From positions 372,001 to 436,000 of the forward strand of contig OZ025787.1 of NCBI GenBank assembly GCA_964019425.1: a stretch of 64,000 nucleotides of DNA, written 5' to 3'. Made by a program: the position numbers and the translations under genes. Every line of letters begins with the position of its first letter. Positions within the stretch are counted from its first letter, which is position 1. This DNA comes from Flectonema sp. DT1601. Its lineage: Eukaryota. The notes beneath the pieces are model-generated. The model was not told the origin of the DNA. It did not search any database and saw only the letters and a list, made by a program, of their open reading frames with translations. This document shows, one piece after another, positions 55,301 through 64,000 of this stretch.

Positions 55301-55684
55301 AAAAAAAAGATTAAACAATGTTATCATTGTTTTTTTATCGATCGACTATGTCGATTACTTTCTATTTTCCGTCCTGGTCAAGACGCTAAACTGATTGTTT
55401 TTTTTTTCAAAATTAATAAAAAAGAATATAAAAAAAAAACAAAAAAAAAAAGAATAAACAATGCTATCATTGTTTTTTTTTTATCGTTCGACTTTGTCGA
55501 CTAATTTTTATTTTCCGTTTTTTTTTCTTTAAAAAATAAATAATAAGAATTTAAAAAAAAAAAAAAAAAGAATAAACAATGTTATCATTGTTTTTTTATC
55601 GATCGACTATGTCGATCACTTTCTATTTTCCGTCCTGGTCAAGACGCTAAACTGATTGTTTTTTCTTTAAAATAATTAAAAGGA

Positions 55685-55718
<34 letters not shown>

Positions 55719-56042
55719 ATAAACAATGTTATCATTGTTTTTTTTTCTATCGATCGACTATGTCGATTAATTTCTATTTTCCGTCCCGATCGAGACGCTA
55801 AACTGATTGTTTCCTTTTTTTTAAATAATAAATAAAAAAAAAAAAAAAAAAAAGAGCATCTCCCTGCTATCCTCATATCCCCACAATAATATTATACCTT
55901 TTCATTTTCTCTTTCCTTTTCTGGTCTTTTTTTTTTTTTTCTTCTTTTTTTTCCTTTTTCATACAACGTTTTTTATTTATATTTTATTTTTTTTTTTATT
56001 TTTTTCATGTTTGATTATTTCCTCTTCATATTTTTTTTTTTT

Positions 56043-56075
<33 letters not shown>

Positions 56076-57698
56076 TCTCTGCCTCTCTCTTAATTCTGTT
56101 CGTTTCTTTGAAACGAAAATTCATTTGAATATTATTCCTTGGTCAGCAACAGTCATTGTCGCCCTCTGGGCCTGTTAAAAAAAAAAAAATAAAAAGAAAG
56201 TTTACATCGGGAATAGGGCAGGAGCCAAAAGCTCCCAGTCCGTTACTTCCCACTCTATCGAATTCTCGGGTCCAATCTTCGCCGTGAGCCTGGTGTCTTG
56301 TGCTGGGCTGGGTTTCCAGAGGGCCTCACCATGCACACAAACTCCTGGATGGGACGATCGAGGGAATCAACCAAGCCGAGAACTGAACCGGAAGGATAGG
56401 CTTACAAGACTAACCTGAAGTAAACTTCAGAGCTTCGCTTTCCAGCATGCCGAAACAGAGCCATGGAAGGGGATTACACAACAACCTCATTAAACCCACT
56501 GGCCACCCCGTGCATAGTCGCCGCCAATGGTTATTACTATCCAAAGCGCTAACACGAGGCACCACACATTCGTAAGAAGGGAGTCCTACCGGAACGGACC
56601 ACGCATCTGATTCTACTGGTTAAAGCAACTCCGAAAGAATGTATTCTCCATGATTTCAGACATGTAACTTTTGGATATCATGCTCCTGTCTAATTGTTCC
56701 CACATAAGCTTTTGTCTTGAGAGATTGAAAATAAAGTTTGTAGTAATAGCCTAAAGAGAGGAGAAAGTTTTTATTTTAAAATTGCGAGAAAAAATGATGT
56801 CAAGTCAAATTGACCAGGTATTTCTCTGACAATCTTGACTGTCAGCGGCAGCGTAGTAAATGACTGCAGATAAATAAATACCACGTGAACATAGTTGAGC
56901 ACCACTTGCTTGATGTAACCGCAACAGTTTTTTATAAAACCCATGAGTATTTAATTAATAATTATATTGTCTTGAAAACTTGAAGGGGGTTAACTGTTGG
57001 ATTTTATACGTAAAATACAAGACGAACGCCTGCTTTGGACACGCTGGTTTGTTCACAGTAACTTCGGTGGTCTACCCACCAATTGATACTCACTGACAGA
57101 TTTAAATATCATCCATTGCAATCTTCAGAATGCAAAAGCACTTGAAGTTACGATTCCTCTCAGCTGCATACACATCTCTTTTTTCCGTGTTGTCATTCAG
57201 TGCAGTACGGAATCGAGTTATTCAACTGTGAATTAATCACCAAGACGAACACCAGGAAGGGGGGCGTTTGAGTTTGATTTGTAAAATACAACTATATCAT
57301 CATAACGATATTTAACATCATAAGGAAACCGCTAGCTACCATGCTGGTAACTGACCAACTCAGTCAACTCACTAATCTTTGGCCACCGTTCCGACTTTCT
57401 TTCCTTTCACACCGACAGTCCTCTAACGGACTAATCACGTATCGAAAAAAACAGCGAAGGTCGAGCAACTTAATACCTCGTGCCGAAATTCTTGTGAGGA
57501 ACTCAAGAATTTTTGCTGAAAAAAAAATTTCCAAAAAAAAAATTCCTCACAATAATAATTCCTTACCAGATCACCAAAGGAAACCCCCAGTAAAAATTTT
57601 TCCTTGATCAGGAATTATTTTTGTGGGAGAAGAATCTTGTGAAATAACGATTTTTGAGGAGAAATTCCTTGCAAGGATAATTCCCGCAATAAGAATAT

Positions 57699-57773
<75 letters not shown>

Positions 57774-57780
57774 TTTTTAA

Positions 57781-57864
57781 GTGACGCTGGTTGTCCACTG
57801 GTATGATTGTGGATTTGCATTCGCTAGGCTGCAGGTTCGAGTCCTGGTGGAGGATTTTTTTTTT
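57781..57864 (+). other. tRNA-like Pol III cassette (degenerate, not a functional tRNA)
   Basis: A-box-like tgtccactgg, TTTGCAT loop, T-arm cagg-ttcgagt-cctg, then a T-run; acceptor stem does not pair. Confidence 0.6.
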
Positions 57865-58735
57865 AATTAAAAACCATTAAAAGCCCTTTATTTTTATTTT
57901 TCCAAATTAAAGGGGAATTAAATCCCCTTTAATTTTAAAATAAAGGGCCCTTTAATTCATTAAATCCCCTTTAATTCCCCTTTATTTCATTAAATTGGAA
58001 AATAAAGGGGAATTAATTAAAAGCCCTTTAATATTAAAAGCCCTTTATTTCCGCTTTAATTTTTAATTCCCCTTTAAAGGGGTACAAGTATGCTTTTTAT
58101 TATTTTAAAGAAAAAACAATCAGTTTAGCGTCTTGACCAGGACGGAAAATAGAAAGCGATCGACATAGTCGATCGATAAAAAAACAATGATAACATTGTT
58201 TATTCTTTTTTTTTTTTTTTTTTAAATTCTTATTATTTATTTTTTAAAGAAAAAAAAAAACGGAAAATAAAAATTAGTCGACAAAGTCGAACGATAAAAA
58301 AAAAAACAATGATAACATTGTTTATTCTTTTTTTTTTGTTTTTTTTTTTATATTCTTTTTTATTAATTTTGAAAAAAAACAATCAGTTTAGCGTCTTGAC
58401 CAGGACGGAAAATAGAAAGTAATCGACATAGTCGATCGATAAAAAAAAAAACAATGATAACATTGTTTATTCTTTTTTTTTTAAATTCTTTTTATTTATT
58501 TTTTAAAGAAAAAAAAACGGAAAATAGAAATTAGTCGACAAAGTCGAACGATAAAAAAACAATGATAACATTGTTTATTCTTTTTCTTTTATTTTTTTTT
58601 ATATTTTTTTTTTAATTAATTTTGAAAAAAAAACAATCAGTTTAGCGTCTTGACCAGGACGGAAAATAGAAAGTGATCGACATAGTCGATCGATAAGAAA
58701 ACAATGATAACATTGTTTATTCTTTTTTTTTATTT

Positions 58736-59775
58736 GGGAAAACCTCTAATCCAGACACAAAAGTTTCCGAAACCGCCAACTCTATACAAAAAAAGTGCCT
58801 TGTGGCCTGTGGTTAAAAAATCCGCCACCCGGAATCGAACTTGCCGAATTTAAGGCAGACTTTTTTTTTTCCCTGAAAATGCGTTGAGTAATTTTAAATC
58901 TCCTCACAATTTTTTCTAAACAAACATGCCTGCTTCTGATGGGAGACACTTTTGGGACGCGTGACAAGTTCACAAAGAGTTTTTCTCAGATTATTTTGGG
59001 CGTTCTTGCACCACGTCCGCCTGCCAATGTTTAGCTTGTACTGTCAACATCATTGCCTCAAACCACCAGCACATCGTTTAAGGTGGTCTCTATGGAGGTG
59101 GGTGTTACAGTGGCACCAACTGCCCTTACATTGGCAACAGCTGTACAAGCACCCACTGAAGGGATGTAAGCACCTTGTTGACAAAGGCCCAAACGAAGAT
59201 GCATCAATCATTGTATGCAAAAATGACTTCCAGGGATGAAGCCGACGGAAGACACAGAGGGGAGACACTCTGGAACGTTGGTCAGACGCTTAATTGGCCC
59301 AAAGACGTACCCTGACCGAACGAATGTGGTGTGTGATTCAAAGGAGGGCTTGTTGTTTATGATCGGAAAATCAATCTTCGTGTGCCAAAGAGCCATCGGG
59401 GCGCAGGATTGTAACTCCACCGCCTTTGCCAGGATAACCTTCGCCACAGCAACAGTCCGTACCTGACGGCACAAAACCTCGTATTCAAGTTATCAACAAG
59501 TTCCTCAAGTTATCAAGTACAGTTAGTCAGTACAGTTAGTCACTCAACATTGTGTTGACATTTTGAGGCAAACAAAAAAAAGGTTTGCAGCCGGGTTCGA
59601 ACCCGCGAGTTGCACCTCAGAAGACCGCGGTAACACCCACTGGGCCACCGTGTCAGCAACAAAAAATAAACTTTATAATTCTTTCATTGGGGGATTGTTT
59701 CTCCCGTGACAAATTTTTTTTTTGTATAGAGTTGGCGGTTTCGGAAACTTTTGTGTTCGGATTAGGGGTTTTCCC
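58736..59775. mobile_element. Non-autonomous TIR element (MULE-type termini)
   Basis: ~58-bp TIRs gggaaaacctctaatcc...ggattaggggttttccc; 9-bp TSD tttttattt; internal Cys/His-rich coding relic on the minus strand. Confidence 0.9.
59574..59657 (-). other. tRNA-like Pol III cassette inside the TIR element
   Basis: Minus strand: tggcccagtgg (A box)...cgggttcgaacccg (B box / T arm)...T-run. Confidence 0.6.
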
Positions 59776-60388
59776 TTTTTATTTTAAATTCTTTTTATTA
59801 ATTTTTAAAGAAAAAAAACGGAAAATAGAAATTAGTCGACAAAGTCGAACGATAAAAAAAAACAATGATAACATTGTTTATTCTTTTTTTTGTATTTTTT
59901 TTATATTCTTTTTTATTAATTTTTAAAAAAAAAACAATCAGTTTAGCGTCTTGACCAGGACGGAAAATAGAAAGTGATCGACATAGTCGATCGATAAAAA
60001 AAAAACAATGATAATATTGTTTATTCTTTTTTTTTTTTTTTTTATTTTAAATTCTTTTTATTTATTTTTTAAAGAAAAAAATAGAAAATAGAAAATAGTC
60101 AACAAAGTCGAACGATTAAAAAAAACAATGATAACATTGTTTATTCTATTTTTTTATTTTTTTTTTTTTCTATTCTTTTTTATTAATTTTGAAAAAAAAA
60201 AACAATCAGTTTAGCGTCTTGACCAGGACGGAAAATAGAAAGTGATCGACATAGTCGATCGATAAAAAAAAACAATGATAACATTGTTTATTCTTTTTTT
60301 TTATTTTAAATTCTTTTTATTAATTTTTAAAGAAAAAAAACGGAAAATAGAAATTAGTCGACAAAGTCGAACGATAAAAAAAAACAAT

Positions 60389-60534
60389 GAGAATTCGATA
60401 GAGTGGGAAGTAACGGACTGGGAGCTTTTGGCTCCTGCCCTATTCCCGATGTAAACTTTCTTTTTATTTTTTTTTTTTTTTTTTTAACAGGCCCAGAGGG
60501 CGACAATGACTGTTGCTGACCAAGGAATAATATT
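60389..60534 (-). mobile_element. Family B, ~145-bp truncated copy inserted in a satellite monomer
   Basis: Splits aaacaat|gataacattg; only the fixed end is retained. Confidence 0.85.
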
Positions 60535-60987
60535 GATAACATTGTTTATTCTTTTTTTTGTATTTTTTTTATATTCTTTTTTATTAATTTTTAAAAAAAA
60601 AACAATCAGTTTAGCGTCTTGACCAGGACGGAAAATAGAAAGTGATCGACATAGTCGATCGATAAAAAAAAACAATGATAATATTGTTTATTCTTTTTTT
60701 TTTTTTTTTTTTTTTAAATTCTTTTTATTTATTTTTTAAAGAAAAAAATGGAAAATAGAAAATAGTCAACAAAGTCGAACGATAAAAAAAAACAATGATA
60801 ACATTGTTTATTCTATTTTTTTATTTTTTTTTTTTTTTCTATTCTTTTTTATAAATTTTGAAAAAAAAACAATCAGTTTAGCGTCTTGACCAGGACGGAA
60901 AATAGAAAGTAATCGACATAGTCGATCGATAAAAAAAAACAATGATAACATTGTTTATTCTTTTTTATTTTTTTTAAATTCTTTTTA

Positions 60988-62663
60988 GAGATTTTCGCTA
61001 TTGGGGGGTCCAATAATTCCATTTTCGCTATTCAGTAAAAGAATTTTTTTTTTTTTCGCTGTTCACTGAATATGATAATTTTTTTTCGCTATTCACTGAA
61101 AGTGATAATTTTTTTTCTCCATTCAGTAACAAAAAAAAAAAAATTTTCGCTGTTCATGAAAAAAAAAAAAAAAAAAAATTCAAAAAAAAAAAAAAAAAAT
61201 TGGCACTTTTTTTGCCCACCAAAATATCCTTGAACATTTTCATACAAATCTGTGAATAAATGGAAAAAAATAAGGAGGCGTTAAAGCTCTCCGCCAGGTT
61301 GGAACGACTTTTTCATCGCTGTGTCGAGGCCTTTCTGCTGGTCTGACATCAGTGCATACCCGTCGAAAAAATCTTCACCAAGCGATTTTCCCCACTACGT
61401 GGCTTGTCTTAAACCCCCTTCCCGAAGAACAAGAAGCGAGGGTTACCCTCGCGCGAAGTGCATCAAAGGATTGAAAGGTTCCCTCAATACTAGGTCTTGT
61501 GTCAGCCAAAGCTGAGGCAGGCTGAGTTTCAGTGGCAGCAGGTTGAGTTTCAACTATGTTTCCGGGCATCTTAGAGATTGAGAATAAGAGTTCGTAGTAA
61601 AAGAGTAAAAGCCTAGAGAGACAGAAAAACGTTTATGATTAGGAACTTGTACGTTTTACCGAACGAAGCATCGTAGCCGACCAGTTTCCTTCGAGAATCC
61701 GCAGATGGTGCAGGGCTAAACCGAGATGAGGAAGATAACACCCGCACACGGATGTTGAGATAACGTTTGTATGATGTTCATCTGGCTTGACGAGATTAGC
61801 AAAGACAAGTACTCACGGAAAGGTTGGGTTGTTCGTCAGGTCCTGATAGTGTGCTCAGCCTCTGAAAAATTTACTGAGTGCATGCAAAGAACGGTATGTG
61901 TGCAGGGCTGGGTCACCTTACAGAGAACTGTTGTCCTCTTACACGTCATTCCAACCGAATTTCAAAGTCAAGACACCTGCGAGTTACAGACAGCCTGGTC
62001 GCAAGCGACACTCCTGTTTCTGACCGGGTTATCAGGGTATCTAACTCATGCAAGCATGAGAGCTTTTTTAAGGCTACTTGAATTATCAAGAGCGCAGTAC
62101 TGCCCGAAGGGTTCCCGCGTGTCAAGATGCATTTGCATGTACTGAGCAGAAGTTCCAGAAAGATTACTTTTATCATTTCCCAAGTCATCACATCTTTGAC
62201 CGTTTGTGTTATTGGCTTTCAATCAATCCATTATCATAAATTCACAGATGAGTGTGCTGAATAGAAAGTAAAACGGCACAAAGCTTTTGTCCAAGTGACA
62301 AAAAAAATTGTTCAAGGTACCAGCATGTTCCCAGGAAAGAAGAAAAAGAAAAAAAAAAAAAAAAAAAAAAGGAAAAAAAAAAAGGGGGAAAAAAAAATTT
62401 TTTTTGGCAGTGGAAAAAGTTGTAACTTGTAGTGAACAGCGAAAAAAAATTTGCAACTTGTAGTGAATAGCGAAAAAAAAATTTCAACTTCTAGCGAATA
62501 GCGAAAAAAAATTTGTAACTTGTAGTGAACAGCGAAAAAAAAAATTTTCTTTTACTGAACGGCGAAAAAAAATTATCACTTCTAGTGAACAGCGAAAAAA
62601 AAGTTACTGCTTTTAGTGAATAGCGAAAATGACATTATCAGGCACCCCAATAGCGAAAATCTC
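60988..62663 (-). mobile_element. Non-autonomous MULE with 5' transposase remnant and shared cargo
   Basis: TIRs gagattttcgctattgggg...ccccaatagcgaaaatctc; 9-bp TSD ttcttttta; MPGN...VTLASCSSGRGF resembles the N-terminus of the 31584 transposase. Confidence 0.92.
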
Positions 62664-63073
62664 TTCTTTTTATTTATTTTTTAAAAAGAAAAAAAACGGA
62701 AAATAGAAATTAGTCAACAAAGTCGAACGATAAAAAAAAAAAACAATGATAACATTGTTTATTCTTTTTTTTTTTTTTTTTATATTCTTTTTGAATTTCG
62801 ATAAAGTGGGAAGTAACGGACTGGGAGCTTTTGGCTCCTGCCCTATTCCCGATGTAAACTTTCTTTTTATTTTTATTTTTTTTAACAGGCCCAAAGGGCG
62901 ACAATGATGGTTGCTGACCAAGGAATAATATTCAAATGAATTTTCGTTTCAAAGAAACGAACAGAATTAAGAGAGAGGCAGAGAAAAAAAAAAAATAAAA
63001 AGAAAGAAAAGAAAAGAAAAAAAAAAATGAAGAGGAAATAATCAAACATGAAAAAAAAAAAAAATATATATAT

Positions 63074-63850
63074 CAGTCATTCTTTTTTTTTGCGAACAAA
63101 AAACACCATTTTCTCACCGCCTGAGCAAGGTTACACGATATGTTACTTTTGCTCGATTTTTTATTTTTTGGAATCGGGGAGGGTGCGATCTGTAAAATTA
63201 GGCATAGGGATATACTTTTAAACATGGTAAGTGTTGCTAAAAAGAGATAAACGTCTCTTTGCAAAATTTCCTTGGTACTACTCAATGATAAATATTAATC
63301 CCAGACCTGGAATGGAAAGATCGAGAAAATCTGAGTAAAAAACACCCCTAATTTTTTTTTTTTTACTATTTTTTTTCCCTTCTCCCGCACTCAAGAGATA
63401 TGCACCTTTTTACTAACAAATCAACCCTAGTGGCAATTATGTAAGGAAAATGTTGCATCTGTGGTGGTGATAATGATCATTAAGTATCAAAGTAGGTCCA
63501 AAAAGACAGGTAGTAACAATCTGCCTCACCGGCACATGCTTAGTACTCTTTAATATATTTTTGCTCGATTATTTTTTCTCTGGATCCCGCTGGACCAGCA
63601 GTGTAAAATTAGACCCTTCGATTAATTTTTAGTTTTGGTACTTGTCCACGGCTGAGCTGATTTAGTAAACCACAAAATCTCTTTTCTCAATTCGGGTGAC
63701 AAGTATGTGATGCCAAACTCCCGATTTCGGACGGAAATGAACCCAACGATGCAGCGCATTAAAATGCCGCTTCGATCGAAAAATTTACAATTTTTTTTTG
63801 AAAATCTTTTTCAATGTCCAAAATTTGTTCGCAAAAAAAAGGAATGACTG
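63074..63850. mobile_element. 777-bp MITE-like element in an (AT)n tract; a second copy starts at 63861 and runs off the window
   Basis: TIRs cagtcattc(t)ngcgaacaaa...tttgttcgc(a)nggaatgactg, flanked by (AT)n on both sides. Confidence 0.9.
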
Positions 63851-64000
63851 ATATATATATCAGTCATTCCTTTTTTTTGCGAACAAAAAACACCTTTTTC
63901 TCACCGCCTGAGCAAGGTTACACGATATGTTACTTTTGCTCGATTTTTTATTTTTTGGAATCGGGGAGGGTGCGATCTGTAAAATTAGGCATAGGGATAT

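Larger units (their letters stand above)
45222..58092. mobile_element. TIR pair (catacttgtacccctttaaagggg) enclosing ~12.9 kb of nested repeats
   Basis: Perfect 24-bp inverted termini, aaataaaggg-type subterminal repeats at both ends, 6-bp duplication cttttt (45216-45221 and 58093-58098); the host satellite resumes in register. Confidence 0.8.

Noticed and set aside
57781..57855. Functional tRNA-Ala(TGC) or tRNA-Cys(GCA)
   Set aside because: Acceptor stem unpaired and anticodon stem irregular; kept only as a tRNA-like cassette.

Overview
AT-rich, repeat-dominated eukaryotic window, probably from a protist. The co-oriented intronless genes with splice-acceptor-like sites before each ATG and the HSP60 sequence suggest a euglenozoan such as a diplonemid; this is inference only. 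Layout: 1-13.75 kb is a hierarchical tandem array. 14.1-22.9 kb is a minus-strand gene cluster (two RPL5 copies, mitochondrial HSP60, an AMT1-type ammonium transporter, a signal-peptide SET/LSMT-like protein). 23-64 kb is a nest of mobile DNA: a Polinton-like major capsid fragment, an orphan LSU rRNA fragment, an apparently intact two-intron Mutator transposon (9-bp TSD, empty site present in the window), several non-autonomous TIR elements (two carrying tRNA-like Pol III cassettes), a BED-finger relic and a hairpin-rich satellite. Best candidate for a new system: two diverged, covarying twister-ribozyme-like motifs (24725-24821 and 34873-34966, minus strand). The second caps a long non-coding element family (B), whose opposite fixed end carries a CAAAA-loop stem-loop shared, with compensatory changes, by a second family (A). 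All calls are by eye; no searches or folding programs were run.
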